A DNA stretch of 64,000 bases from Tubiluchus corallicola (GCA_030141605.1 JAQGDQ010000355.1:1-64000); one strand, 5' to 3'; shown: positions 48,201 to 63,405, counted from the first letter of the stretch. The notes: a model not told the origin generated them from the letters alone. Made by a program: numbers and translations.

Positions 48201-51200
48201 TAATGCATATTTGCCTAAAAAGTTAATTGTCTTTTTATTACTATTTTTACAGTCTATACAAAACTTATATTGCTATTTTGCAAAGTGCTTACGCAGCCGA
48301 CCTGTAGCATCAATGCAGAGCAGAATATAGGTGCATGCTTTGTATGGCAGTTTCCATAATTTACGATCAGCCATATTCCAAGCTGTGTCAATAAAATATC
48401 AACCAATATTTTCGAATTATTTCAACTTCAAATTCTGGTAACCGTAATGTCCTAGGCAACATGTTTGAAGTAGTTTATGAGAACAAGCTAATGAAGACCT
48501 GTCACATGCATACGATTGGCATGTTAGGTCTAAATGAAATCTCACAGTTTTCTATGAAAAGCCATTAAATCACATCTAACTAAATAACCCAAATGAGAAA
48601 CTTTATCTGCCTAGGTTAAAGGAGTATTGTCCAACAATACAGTGGGATAAGGTTTATTTATTTATTTTAAGTGGATTAACATTAATATTACTGATCAAAG
48701 TATTTCTACCATGTGCAATAAATACATTTTAGTTGAGAAAATATACAAATTGTTTAAAAAATAATTACACAGATAGTTAGTTCAAGTGTACCAGTAATTC
48801 ATTAGTTAATACTTAAAATTAAAATATACATAAAGCCCACAGCCCACAAGCCACAGCCAAAGAATTATCAATGTACATCAGCCTGTTAGTTTATACAAAA
48901 GTTTTTTGATTATTAGGATAAAGATTTATTGACTTCCTTTGGTCTCGAAAATCTAATTAATGCATTTGCACTTAATTTTGCCACGCGCATGTGACAAAAA
49001 GGCGCCGTTGCCAAGCTTAGTAGATTAACGGAGCCACGCGTAGCTTTGAAAGTTTATCGAAATTTGCGTATCTGAGGTAATTGTTATTTAATCTTTAAGC
49101 TTTCATTTATAAATAGCTATTGTAGTTTTCAATATTTTAGAGTGTTCCTTGTTCTGAACTAATGTTTACACAATTATCCGGTTTTCCTTTAAAAAATAAA
49201 AAGTAGCTTAACAGAAAAATAAGTTCACGAAAACTTAATGAATATGCTTATAAAACTTAATGGGCAAGAAAAGGGTTACCTGAAGTAGGTTTCAGAAAAA
49301 TCACCTTAAAAAATTATACTACTTTACAGCAATTTTGTGCGTACATCGTACTCGCGTTGAAAGGAATTTTTGTTTGTTTCCATTTTAAATCTTCCGCGAT
49401 ACTGTTCTGAAGTCGCCATTACATGACGTCAATACGCACAACGTAAATCAGGGGAAGAAAATGCGATGTTAAATTATGTCCTAAAAACTTTCAGTGCAAA
49501 TCTATATTACTTAGCATGCATTTGGCTTACTAGCTGGAAAGACTTATGAAACTAGAAATAATAAATTAAAATGTGTGTGCCATTTGGCAAAATGTCGCTG
49601 ATTCACCCTTCAGGGTGCGCCACTCACTAACCAAAAGCATATTTTTAATCTTATTGACAAGATACAGTAATTTAAAATTTTACTTAAACTAGTAAAAATG
49701 TGTGCTGTATTTTTTCAAACTTCACGCAATGTTATGTAAACTTGTTTCAAACGACCTACCATTAAAATGGCTGCGCCTAACGGTCATTGCCGTAGTTTAA
49801 ATTTACACGTTTTATACAGCGTTGCTGTCGATGCAGGCCCTCTATGCAAAAAGGTAATGTGTAAGTGGCATAAAATTTCAAGACGAATTAATTAAACTTT
49901 ATGTAAGTGGATGGTTTTCTTGTGTTTTAAGAAAACTTATAATACTTATGAACGTTATGAATGAACTGCCATTTATGGATATGTGTCGTCTGCAAATCTT
50001 GTTAATGGAAACGTAAATGCTGAACTAGAAACCAACTGATGAAAATAACAGTATCAAGTTTTCGGCCGATTTCGAGGACCTACCTACCTTGAGTTATAAT
50101 AATCTACTTACCCCTTATATTGATACCAATATCACACTGACATAGCTTTTTGTACATTTTATTCTTCCTCCGCCCATGGACAACAACATCACTTATGTTA
50201 ATTAACGGGGAACCAGGTAAAAAAGTGTGAAGTCAAATAACAAATATCATGACAATCATCTACTTGCCTTACATTATAATGGCGACATTACGTCATTATA
50301 ATGGCGACATTATTCTTTTACAATATTTCGATTCTTATTGGTTAAATCTTCACACCTTTTGGTTTCAAACAATCAGGTTTCATTTGGCTCCATCTCTGAC
50401 ATGTACACAAGTATGGGAAAGGTTATAAAGGGAGGGTAAAAACCTACTGTAATTTGGAGTTACAGTGGTAATCGGGTCGTGCAGAGTTGGTGATTCTTGT
50501 GCTTGTGTTTCTTCTATCAGACTTAGAGCTCTCTTACTACCCGCTATATAGCAAGTTAGGTATCAGTCTCTCCATTTTATTTCTTTGTTCTGTTTTCTTT
50601 AATTTGTTTAAAATCTTGTCACAGTTAGTTTACGCCTTGTAATCTCTTTCCAGTTAAATAGTCAGCGTTATTTAATTCAGTTGTGTTTAATTGCGTTCAT
50701 GTGACCATCATTATTAGGCTGCTCCGCCTCCATACCTGCAGGCCCGAACGACCCCCGGGTGGCGAGGTGCCACCAGTAGTTCAATATACATATTCAGACC
50801 TTTTTCTTCACGTTTATTCAATGTGTTTATACAAAAATATATTTTCACGACTTAATGTAGTTGCTCATCTCATTTTGTGTCTTTCAGCAAGAAAGCGAGG
50901 TGGCTCTACGTTTGTTGGCGACATTTTCAATAGCCACCCTGACGTGTTTTACGTATTTGAGCCAATCTGGTTTGAACAAATTGAGCTGTTTGGTTCTGGG
51001 TACGGCAGAAGTCGACGAAGTGGACCCCTGACAGTGATGGGACAGAATTTATTAGAAATGCTTTCATCTTGTAATTTCACTGGCCAAAGAATGTTGAAAT
51101 TTACCCATTATCAGCACAAGGCACGTTCAATGCCTCGTTCTCGAGCACTTGCTAGGGAACAGGGATGTGACGACGAAGATCTAGAACGTCGTGCGAGTAA

Positions 51201-51843
51201 GTGCAGAGGTGAACTTTCTCCAGCGCAGTGGACAAATGTTTGCAAAATGTACAACATCCACGTATACAAGGTGCTTCGTTTCCACGTGGTGGACGTTCTG
51301 CCGTTGCTTAATCTTCCTTGGTATAACGTAAAAGTATTGTTAATGATACGCGATCCGAGAGGTATCCTAAATTCCAGGAAGAACATAGGATGGCAGAAAC
51401 TAACGAATGGGTCGGATTTTCCGTTAAAACTATGCTATGACATGATGGATAACTATGAGAGCACGCTTAGGCTAAAATTGCCAGGTGACAAGTTGAAAAT
51501 TGTAAAATACGAAGATATAGCTAGCAATCCAGTTAAAATGGTAAAAGAACTATTCGAGTATGCGGGACTCTCCTATACAGAAAACATTGAAAAGTACTTG
51601 AAGAAGAATTCCTTGGGTGGTGGAAACCCTGCACGTAATCAGGCAGCTATGGGGACATACAGAAGGGACTCCAATAATACAGCAAATGCTTGGAAGAACA
51701 AGTTGACTAAGTCTCAAATACTAATGATTGAGAAACAATGTGGAGAGTTTTTGGATCGTGCTGGCTACGAATTTATGTATTTGAAAAGCAACGCCTACTT
51801 GCCACTTTTGCAAAATGTAAATGTGTTACCTGGAACAATGTGA
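42215..51843 (+). CDS. Carbohydrate sulfotransferase, CHST1/GlcNAc6ST family (type II Golgi membrane protein), predicted 404 aa
   Basis: Exons 42215-42323 (MWKTKNRQLFLSLAGGTSAGFLLAVMLY, signal anchor), 45115-45264 (stem, ending KTLLIFL), 50888-51843. Two phase-1 introns, total 1215 nt. 5'-PSB ARKRGGSTFVGDIFNSHPDVFYVFEP, 3'-PB MIRDPRGILNSR, and VKYEDIA. Confidence 0.92.
42449..43253. mobile_element. hAT-type MITE containing an RTE LINE fragment (about 42590-42900)
   Basis: TIR CAGGGGCGTATC/GATACGCCCCTG; TSD CGTGGTGT/CCTGGTGT; internal translation KVIQKQRLRWIGYIIRLPQDSP. Confidence 0.8.
44706..44937. repeat. 30-bp minisatellite in CHST intron 1
   Basis: Unit GACATTGTCACCAACATTGCCACCACTGTA, about 8 copies. 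Confidence 0.93.
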
Positions 51844-53089
51844 AACAATTAAGCGATGAGTGCCCTATCGTGGCCTGTGTTATAACTTAAGTAATGTATA
51901 CACATGTGTACACATAAATACATATGTGTGCAAAGTGTAATGTATCTATGATTGATGAGTTCAGCCGAGGCTATTGTGCTACCACAACTACCTTTATGTA
52001 CATTTTCATCATTTCTGTTATACAAATTTCCGCAAAGAAGGTCAATAGCCACTTACAGTAGTCAGTAAGACGATAGTAGTAGAAAAACCAAAGTATGAAA
52101 ATAAGCGCAGAAAATTCAGTTTAAAAAATTACTTTGGTGAGGGAATATGTTTTATTGATGTTATTTCTTGAAACGGATAAGATTGGATTAATCTTGAAAC
52201 GAAAAGAATTCTCTGTGGAAAGAATCAAACTTACGGGAAGTATTATTTGCTCTACAACAAAGTTCATTTATCTTAACATTTCTGAATATGCCTCTGCTCC
52301 CGCATGCACGTACACACATGCGCACACACGAAACACACACTTCAAGAGACAATTAGCCCGTGGCAATTAATTGAAAGAGGTGCTGAAAAAATGTAATTCA
52401 ACTAGGATTTGAACTGGAACCTGCACATGTTCTAACCACTTGAGCTAGTGATTCAATATGGCAAAGCATGTCTCACATCCCATCCTAGTAGTACACAGTC
52501 AGTCAGAGCCACCTATCTGCTAGTGGTATCACTAGTAACTACATTTAAAAACACTCAGTAATAGAAATAGATTAATAAGCCTCAGGACCTTTCTGTGAGA
52601 CATCCGGGACACATATGAGAGAAACGTTGTATATGGATTGGCTGTTTAATTTACCCTCTTTCATGTCACTCTAAAATCCACAAACACTAGTCAGTGCTGT
52701 AGTCAATGTTTAGTGCATCAACGCTTAATGGTTTTTCAATGTAGCTAAAGTGTCAAGTGGGTCAGACTGTTTTCCTTCTACCACATTTTGACACCCTGTC
52801 CTTCTGACACAACGTTAAGAGGCTGCTATATCCTCAGCCTTGAGCATTGTTCTAATCCTTCATATTTTTTTGTTTTTAAAGTGTACCTGATTTTAAAGGC
52901 ACTCGCGTCACTAGTTCTTAATGTTTTTAGACATTATTAGTTCTTAACCATTAGATCTGCAATCATCTGGATCAGTTTGGATTTTGTGCACCAATTTGCG
53001 CATTTGTGGTGGTATCTAGTACCACTCTTTCTTCTGCTAGCCAATATCTGTTTGTGTTTGCTAATATTTGCCTTTTTCAGATGCATAAG

Positions 53090-53500
53090 CAATAGCAATA
53101 AACTTAGAACGTATAAACTTTTCAAAAATTCTTATAAGGTGGAAATTATTTGTTGATTGGTCTTCCAAAACATGTCAAAATTAACTTAACAAGATTTCAT
53201 ATTAGAGCTCATAAATTAGCAATTGAAATCGGTAGATATCATAAGCCAAAAAAATACCTGTAGAACAACGAGTATGTAAAAATTGTTGTTTTAACAAAGT
53301 AGAGGACGAGTTGCATGTAATTACTGAACTTTCACTGTAATTATTTATGTATATTTCACTGTAAGAGAGGAATGTTTGGGTATTCTGATTTTTGTCTTAA
53401 CTTTCAATATATATGTTCCAATGAGCAGTTCGTGTTTTTTTAAGTTCATCACAAGATGTAGAAGTTATTAAAATTAATGCTAAGATTGATCCTCAAAATA
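53090..53500 (+). mobile_element. Degenerate LINE (CR1/L2-group) ORF2 C-terminal fragment
   Basis: Translates LTRFHIRAHKLAIEIGRY..EQRVCK..C..NKVEDELH with frameshifts. Confidence 0.65.
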
Positions 53501-53599
53501 TTTGAAGACAGGCCCGACTGAGATAATTCAGTGCAAGCCTGATTGACAGACTAACTAATTAATATCTCAGATTAATGATTAACATATGTAATATTAAGT

Positions 53600-53660
<61 letters not shown>

Positions 53661-53992
53661 AACCATTAAGGAAAGATTATATTTACATATATTATTTATA
53701 TATTTATATTATTTATATATATTATTTATATACATTATATATATAAATAATGTATAAGCTGACCATCTCTGCATCTTCTAATGCTGGCTTGAATGACCAG
53801 GGCTGGTTACTATGTTTTTTTTGTAATACTACATAAAGCTTTTTTGCATACATGAAGCATCATGTATTTAATGTGTATATGGGTATATAAACAAAACTGT
53901 GAAATGAAATTACTGAAATATTAAAATATATCTATAAAACGGCTGTACAACAATTTAATCTATTGAACTAAAATGTTTTGTCCCTGATATCG

Positions 53993-56900
53993 TCAGCTTG
54001 CCATGTACGAATCTGGAAGATCTTGCAGTTTATGCTTCCTCAATAGACTAGATATTTTCTTGATGTATTCGAACCCTCGTTTGCGCATGGTTTCAGTAAA
54101 CGGATCAAAAGGCTTAGCTGTGCTACTATTTTTTGCCTTTCTTTTAAAGACACCTTCTTTATGCTCAATTGTGCAATCGAGTCTTTCACTAAGTTCACTC
54201 AAGTTTAGATTGAGAAAGTCTAAAACTCTTTCCATTTCTCTTCGTGTATCTGCAACCAAGTCTTCAAAGTACACAACCAATATGGATTTGTTGGCATTCA
54301 AATATACAGAATTGGTCAAATACCATCGTGTTAACATCCAGGTTGCATATACATCCCAATCTGGAAGTAAAACATGATCATAGTTAGTCATATTTAATAT
54401 CAACTTTTATACATTTACTAATTTGGACTTTAGAGGGTTTCTAACTTTTAAATTATTTCTAACTTTTAAATTATTTCCGCGTGAATTATTCGATAGCTTG
54501 TAGTAGCTAATTCGTAGTGGTGAAGCAGCCAATTCTTTATAAATAATTTAAAATGGCTGGTGTCAAAGATGTCCAACAAGTTACAATACTGCTGGTAATA
54601 CTAACGGAAAAATGGTTAAATTTTCTTCTCTTTTGCAGCTAAAAATGCCTTTAAATTTCACCAGGTGATGCCTCATCATCTAAAGTCTTCAACTTTATTA
54701 TAGGGGACTTCATGATAGCTCAGTTCTTGTAAAGTTAGGCTACGATGCTAATCACTTGCCCTATACTGATAAAATTTGTACTTTACCAATCATATCTGTA
54801 CTTCCATTATTCACCACAAGGTGTCAACTTGAAGCACAAATTCATTGTCACGATTCATATTGTTATTTTGTGAATTTCAACACTTGTGTCAAATAAGAGA
54901 CTATGAAATGCAACGATGGACATTTTTACTTTTGTCATAGATTATTTTGCACCAAATTTAAAAAGAAATAGTGCATTAAAATGAAAACCTTTGCAGTTTT
55001 CTTTGACAATATGTAACCCTTCATAGTAGTGTGCCGTAAGTAACTGTATACTGGTAAGTAACTGGATACTGTATTTATTTATATTTATTCATTTTATTTA
55101 TATGTAGTAGTGTAGTGTAATTACTTACTACAACTTATCATTTCTAAGAAACAGAATATTTTATGCTTACCGCCATTTTTAAACTTTTTGGGTGAAATAT
55201 CGGCAGTGTGATTTTTAGTGTTGCGCCGCTTCCATTCGGCAATGATGGCTTTAAATGGATTTCTGATGAGGAGTATCATGGAATTGTACGTTTTTGTAGA
55301 ATTCTTCTCATATTTATGAGATTTTACTGCAATGGTTTCACCACTTTTAGGAGTGCAGTATTCTCCCAAGTACCCTGAAATGAGAGTTAAGCTCGACTAT
55401 AAATCTCTAAGATCAATGGATTTTTTCAGTTAGTTTTTCAGTATCCTGAGTCTATTGGTCAGACAGTTGGTCAATATGTAAGTCAGCCAATTGGTGAAAA
55501 ATTGGTCAACCCAGCAACCAGCTACTGATCTAGCTGTAGGATAGCTTCCAATAAGCCAAGCAGATAAAGAGACGACAAGACAACTGACTGTGTACCCATC
55601 TGTCAAACATGTTCTTACTTACTCGCCTTGTCAGTCAGTCAGTCAGTCAGTAAGTTAACCTCTCGGACAGTTGGCCAGCCAGCCAAGAGGCAATTTAACA
55701 GCGAGCTAGTCAGTGAATCACTCAAGCAATATAAGCAATTTCAGTGATTGCTGGCTAGTTGAACAGAGTGTTGCTACAAATTATAATTAGCACCAAAAGT
55801 TTGTTTTTTACCTCCGTCAAAAAGGGATTTATCCCGATATACACTTCCAGTGTATACTCCAGTAGAAAGCTCAATGAGATAGCGAATCCAGGTGTTTCCG
55901 GAACCAGGAAAGCTTATTAATCCAGTTATGGGATGAGTTCCTTGAGGATCTAATCTCACTTCCCCACACCGAGTATCTGAAACATTGTTCAATGAAACAT
56001 ACTAGTTTACTCAATATTTCAATGTTTCATGCTGCGGTACGAAATTTTAGTACCCATAATTTACTCTGCATTTTTTTGCCGAAGGATTACTCTTGCACCA
56101 ATTTATAGAACAATTTATTGCTCAACTAGGAATCGATCACATTGCTCAGCTATCTTACTATTCTACATGGGTACCACTAGCATGCACAAAATGGCACTTC
56201 CTATTTAGGTCATTGCACTGATGTCTCAACAGTCCCCCTCTCCGTCTGCACACTAGGACGTAGTTTTATCAAAGCTCATACCACCATAAGACTATGCTAA
56301 TGGTGCTAATCACCCCTGTAGTTGATGCAATTACCTAACTAGTAATTAGTCAATGTCTTTACAGATTGACTATTTGACCTAGCACAGAATACAGCAGACG
56401 CACAATATAGGCTGGTGCCTCAGCTTATTACCTTAACTCACTTGACAAAACTTGAAAAGTACATCATTAATCGGAATGAGTCCAATTTTGGATCAAATCT
56501 GCACTCCCTCACTCATTAATTCACTTTTTGCTACTTCTTTAGAGAATCTCAGGACCTCTCGTCGCTGGTCTTTAAATGCCAAGAGTTAATACTTGCTCTT
56601 CCGCAGCTTTTCACAGTTTTATCTGAACATGGTAATGCAGTTTTTTCCTCGAGCTTCTTATCTGTGGAATTCTGTTCAAAAAATTGTTTCCCTGAAACTA
56701 AGACTTCACTTGACTGAAGGACAACAACAGGTACTTTCTATCACCATTAGATTAGCTAAACGAATTGGACATTATTCATATGTTCACCATTTTAACACAG
56801 CCTTTTACCTTGAGAGGCCATTGGCGTTGGTTTTACCTGGGCGTTATTCGGAGCGATTTGCATTCCACGGACCCAGGAACGTTCCTAAGATCATCTCTTC

Positions 56901-57123
56901 CGCTCGAATGACTACAGTAAGAGTCCCTAAAATCATTTACAGGTGACGTTATAGTCTAGTTCACCTACCATTTACTCTAACTCCAGACGTTAGAAACTTG
57001 TACAGCAGAGCTTTGTAATCGTGGTTACATGCATCTAGACTGCAATTTGTGGAAGCGAGGTTGTCTTCATCTGCACAAAGACATTTGTGGTCCAGTTCAC
57101 TAACCGCAATGTAAGCAGCCCCT
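53993..57123 (-). CDS. WSC domain-containing / sialate O-sulfotransferase-like protein (WSCD family), last four exons
   Basis: Exons 56969-57123, 55812-55976, 55171-55374, 53993-54360, GT-AG and in phase. Motifs GAAYIAV..KCLC (WSC-like half), LISFPGSGNTWIRYLIELSTGVYTGSVY, IAVKSH, LLIRNPFKAIIAE, LVVYFEDL, RLDC..EGVFKR, DPFT. The 5' exon(s) are uncertain. Confidence 0.88.
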
Positions 57124-57317
57124 CTGTGAAAAAATGCTGAATCATAGAATGTGTGCAAATTATTTCAGTACGTAAACTTGAGTAGGAGGCACAATTTCTG
57201 GCGGTTGAAACTTCTGATGAAAAAGAAACAAATTCCATAACACAATAGTTACTCTGAATTATAAAAACTACGAAAGAGCAAAACAGACCTAGAAAAAACC
57301 TTGATAAACATAATAAA

Positions 57318-57744
57318 GATTTCTTCAAAGTCTCATTCCACCTATTGTAGGCAATGAGGTATCAATATTTATCAGAGCATTCCACTCACTTCTATCTGCA
57401 GCTAAAAGCGTAAGTTCTTCTACTCGAAGACATAGATTTGGTTGAAGTTGTTGAACATCTTTATTTATCTTAGCTATCGAAGTTGTTTTAGGTTTTGCCA
57501 GGTTGTTTTTTGCAAAGTTTTTAGGCTTCCTTTAGGGCGATTCTTATTGGCGCTTCACTTGGTAATCTTAAAATATGTCCTAGCCATCTTAATCGTCGGA
57601 TCTTGACTTTTGAACTCCAAGAAATTTCTTTCATTCTAGTGTATAAATCTTCATTTTTGATTATGTATGGCCATCTTATCTTTAAAACTTCATTTAGAAG
57701 ACTTCTACGAAATGTGTCAATCTGCTTTTCTTGAGTAATTGTAA
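57318..57744 (-). mobile_element. 5'-truncated RTE-clade LINE with 16-bp TSD
   Basis: Translates IDTFRRSLL..LKIRWPYIIKNEDLY..VKIRRLRWLGHILRLP; TSD TGATAAACATAATAAA (57302-57317) and TGATAAGCATAATAAA (57745-57760). Confidence 0.88.
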
Positions 57745-58531
57745 TGATAAGCATAATAAACATAAAGGCATTCAGCAGAGCACAGATCCGCGCCAAAACT
57801 TGTCGAGTATACATTGCAAAAATTTATACTGAATTAGATAACCTCTAAGATTATATCAGTACATTAATTGTTCCCACGTGTTATTATACACAGTGCATTC
57901 CCCGAAATAAAACTAGATAATAACAACTCGTAGTCATTGAATTAGCTCTGGGTTAATAAAAAAGAACTTGTTGCCCAATTCTTTCTCTTTCCAAAGAGCT
58001 GTAACACTCGCTCCAACACAGATTTTTGTTACACGGTGTTGGGTGTTTTGTGAAAAAAGGACTAAAAACGCTCAATTTGGGTTTTTCACTTCCTCCCACC
58101 CGTTTATGGCAGACATCCCGAACATGCACCAAAACTGAAGGCACTATTCCTTGCCCCATCCATCCACACAATGTTTTCAGGAATTCGACAAAGTAGTTGT
58201 TGCATAATCATGTTAACAAGAGACGAACAAACTGATTAATGAAAGGCCGTGGTGAAAACATGAAGATAATTCTCTCGTTAAAAACATTACTGGGCAAATT
58301 ATATAATACGAAACCCTTGACCTAAAATATTTACCGGTGTTATAAGTGGCTAAGAAACATTATTTATTATTACATTCAATGCCAAATATCACATTGCTGC
58401 AAGACACGATGACGTACAAAATCGTCAATACACACAAGATGTCCTTGATTAGAAATGCATGTTGTACGTAGAAGAAAATATTTAACGATCTAGTTTTTCT
58501 CAATGTCCTCTTTAACTGAAACACGTGAATC

Positions 58532-58662
58532 TTTCGCTTTACTGACATAGTTGCCAAAGTTTAACCTGTTCCTAAAAATAGCTTACTTAATTAGCCTTTC
58601 GCTTTACTGACATAGTTGCCGAAGTTTAACCTATTCTTAAAAATAGCTTACTTAATTAGCCT
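58532..58662. repeat. Direct tandem duplication of about 65 bp
   Basis: TTTCGCTTTACTGACATAGTTGCC..AAAATAGCTTACTTAATTAGCC occurs twice. Confidence 0.85.
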
Positions 58663-59619
58663 CTTCTCCGTGTAAGCTTCCGCTGGTTTGATACAAGAAA
58701 ACACTATTCATAAATGAAGCTTGAAAAATTGTCTTGACATTTTTTCTACTTACATGCTGTCATATTACATACTCTTGCGTTTAGAAGTGAAACTTGTATA
58801 TATAAACTCCTGCGAAGAGCAGCCATTTTAACGACAAGTCGTTCGCAACAAGTTTATAACAATGCGTAAAGTTTGAAAAAGAATAGCCAACGCATTCGTA
58901 GCACATTCTTCGCTAACTAAGTCAAACTATAAATTACTTTGTGTTGCCAATAAAACAAATGACGTGAATATGATTTTTAGAGCACCAGTGGTGCACACTG
59001 GGATAGTGATACAGTGACGTTTTACCAGTTGCTGTGAATATTTTAAATTATTTAAGAACTTTCTTTTCCAATTAGGCCTACATAAATCATTCAAACAGTT
59101 AAGCGTAATACTAAACTATATAACTTTGTACGGAAAGTTTTTTTGGGAAATACTTTAAAATTCCCCTTTCTTTTCATTTAAATTAATTGAAAAATAAATA
59201 ATAAGTAGGCCACCTTCAGATTTACAGTACCATACCAGATGAATACCGTAATTAAGGTGCAGATGGCCCTGATATTTCATCTACTATTATTATTCAGGCT
59301 CTGTGCTTAACTACATGCATAGCATCAAGCAAGTTGTAAAAAGTAGTGCATTTTCAGAGCATTCGTTCTGCTAGCGACCCACAAAAGAGGTGACTGAGCG
59401 CGAAAGCAGCTTTCCTTTTCAGTAAAATCTTCTCAAAACGTGCTGTAATCTTGTTCCAGATTTTAATATTGTTTAAAATGGAGCAGGAACACAATAGAAA
59501 AGAGAAAACAACGTAGGCCTTTCACTTTCGTGCAGGTAACTTCACTGATTCATGAGGATTCTGGAAATCTTCGTCTGCACGAGAATTGCTCGTGCGTCTT
59601 GTACCTTTTACATTTCACC

Positions 59620-60826
<1,207 letters not shown>

Positions 60827-62890
60827 TCGTAATATCTGGGCCTATATGCAAGATGCAAAAACATGTACAATCGAAAGCTAATTAACACAGCTTTGTATTT
60901 AAATAAACGTATATTTTGTGAAAAATTACTACACATACTATTACACGAAGTACACACGTTTAGATATACACAAACATTGCCGTGCAAGATATACCGAATA
61001 CAGAAAAAAATCACAGGTAAAAAAGTCATAGATAAAAAAGTCACAGAAAAGGGTGATATAAAAGAAATAACCCTAACCCCAACTCTTACACTAACCCCAA
61101 CCCTTAGCCCTAGGATGTTAACAAAACGTGATTTCTTTCACATACAAGTAATGCCATCATATAAAATAGTGTTGTAAATATGTACAAGCCATATATTGCC
61201 GGATAATAATTGATTTAAAATATTTTCTGTTTAATTATTTTAATTATTTACGATTCTTAAATAAATTGTCACCGACTTGAATATTCTTGTTTGGTTACTT
61301 AACTTTTTTCCTAGCGAAAATTGTGATTTTGTTACCGGTCACCTGTAACTCTTACAGTACAACTGGTCACAAAATCAGTCCTGCTGAAACGTAATTGTCG
61401 TAACTGTTCTCACTATAATTATTCTCTAGGTGTATACCTTTCTCGACATATTCTGATGCATACTGTAGCTGTTCGGTTGTCTGGCGACCGCCAGATTGTG
61501 TTTTTGTAGCTGAAACCACTCACGTTAGAGCAACAGCCCACGAAGTTGCCTGAAACATACATACAAGGTCACGTGAGAGAAGCAGAAGCCAAACATCAAA
61601 CAAGACCCAGCTGAAGAATTCATGCTGCAAATGTTAAACGCGTTTGTTTTGACAAGACTTGCTATACATACAGCTGCTTAGGGAACATGACAAGCCTGAA
61701 ATGATGCACGTTTTCCATTGCTGCAAAATGGTAAAATTGAATTATAACAATTAGGGCAGATAATTCTACCTTGCAGATTGAATTTCTATCACAATAAGAA
61801 CTTTTTCGCGTTTGAATGCGGGCAGACTATCGTCTTAACTAAGTAAAGCTTCATACGGTATACTACTAACAACAGCACAGGGATTACAACTTTGTTTTTT
61901 TAGTTGTGTGTTTTCGATTCCAGCAATTCAGCCTTGCAGAATGAGTTTCTGCGAGGCAAAATATAGGGTCTACAAGCATATGTGTGAAACTCAAGTGACC
62001 CAAAATATTGGCACAAAGAACTGCTGGCGGAGATCACAGAACAACTATAGTCTATTTTTTACTAGTTTATTTTTAGTTTATGTTTATTCCATTTGCCACG
62101 AGCAAATAATACATAAATATGGTGAAAATACAAAATACCAAGTTAAACGAAACAAGCACGTAAATAATAAAGTTGATTAATGGATTATTGGGGCTGTCCA
62201 AAATGAAAATTTGTAAAGGTCAGGCCCAGTATGGCAAACAGAAAGAAAAGCATAGGTGCAAGAATAAAAGGTGGTAAATGGGAAGAAAAGGAGTATGAAA
62301 AGTGAAAGGATATGAAAAGTGTAATATGAAAGTGACAATAGACCAATGAAAAAAGGAAATGAACTTAGCTTACAAGACATGCCCTTAAACTCAGCAGTAC
62401 CTTTTCTTATTTGAACGTTGTGGAGCATCGTCTTATTATAGTTAAGTAAAACCTGACGCTCTATACTGGCAGCACAGGAATAGAAGCTTTGTTTTTTCAG
62501 TTGTGTATGTTTGTTTAGGTTTCTGCGTTTTGTACAATTCGATTTACCAGATGGTAGCAGCAAGTATGGTAGCGCGAAAGTGGCTCGAACGAACGACCCT
62601 ATACAGTTTATTTTCCTCGTCATCAAAGAGAAGACGCTCCTCCTAGAAGACACAGTTAAGACGATCCTTATTATATTCTGTAGTTTGAACTTGATGTATG
62701 AAACTGCTGTACGCAATACAAGAAGAGAAAATAAACAGGCGGGAGAGGCCGAACAGGAGTATAACCGAGAAACAGCAGGAGGTCTTCTCGTACACTGAAT
62801 ATCAAGTCAGTGTTTCATCTTGGAAGATTATCCTAATTAGCTAGGTTCTGGTCCTACTGCAATCATCTATTAAGAAGGCCTAACATTTAA

Positions 62891-63405
62891 AGGAAAGGCT
62901 AAGCTTTCTGGGAAGTTAGGCTTATTTCAATGTTCGCAAAAATGTTCAAATGATTTAGTAATAAAAGTGTGATATGCGCCTCGTGTAATTAGTGAAACAT
63001 CTCTAAAGCCGCAATCATTTCATGTTTCCAACGCCCATTTTTCCACCAATGACGTCATTTAGTGAAGAAAGGCAGCGCTCTATCACATAAAATCACAAAG
63101 CATAATAAGTTTTTACAAAAAATTAGGTAACTGACTTTGTGAATTTTTTGCTTGAACATTAGGTAAGCTGTAGGAATTTGAATTAGTTTAAGTAGCTCAC
63201 ACCTACCGAAAGCCAAGAAATGCTTACGAAAAGTCACGAAGTTCACCTATTACGTAATAATTTTCAGTTTAAATAAATTATCATATAAATTGACTTTCTG
63301 TTTTATAGACAGGCTTTTTGAGAATTTCTTTTTTATGATTTTCTAAGTTTAAGAGATAACAATAAAATAAGCCCAACATGCTAAGCGATTAGTTCTTCAG
63401 TTCCT
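62891..63405 (+). mobile_element. TTAA-flanked Kolobok-like MITE
   Basis: TTAA|AGGAA ... TTCCT|TTAA; second copy at about 4490-5050. Confidence 0.7.

Noticed and set aside
50683-50887. N-terminal extension of the 386-aa sulfotransferase ORF as a single-exon gene
   Set aside because: No signal anchor; the TTTCAG acceptor at 50887 joins in phase to the upstream anchor and stem exons
57035-57328. ORF with STARNCASY as the first half of the WSC domain
   Set aside because: Lacks the second cysteine, and its nearby GT donors are phase 1 whereas the 57123 exon needs phase 2
61068-61112. TAACCC telomere-like repeats
   Set aside because: Only a few degenerate units within a MITE-like element with AAAAAAGTCA subterminal repeats; not a telomeric array
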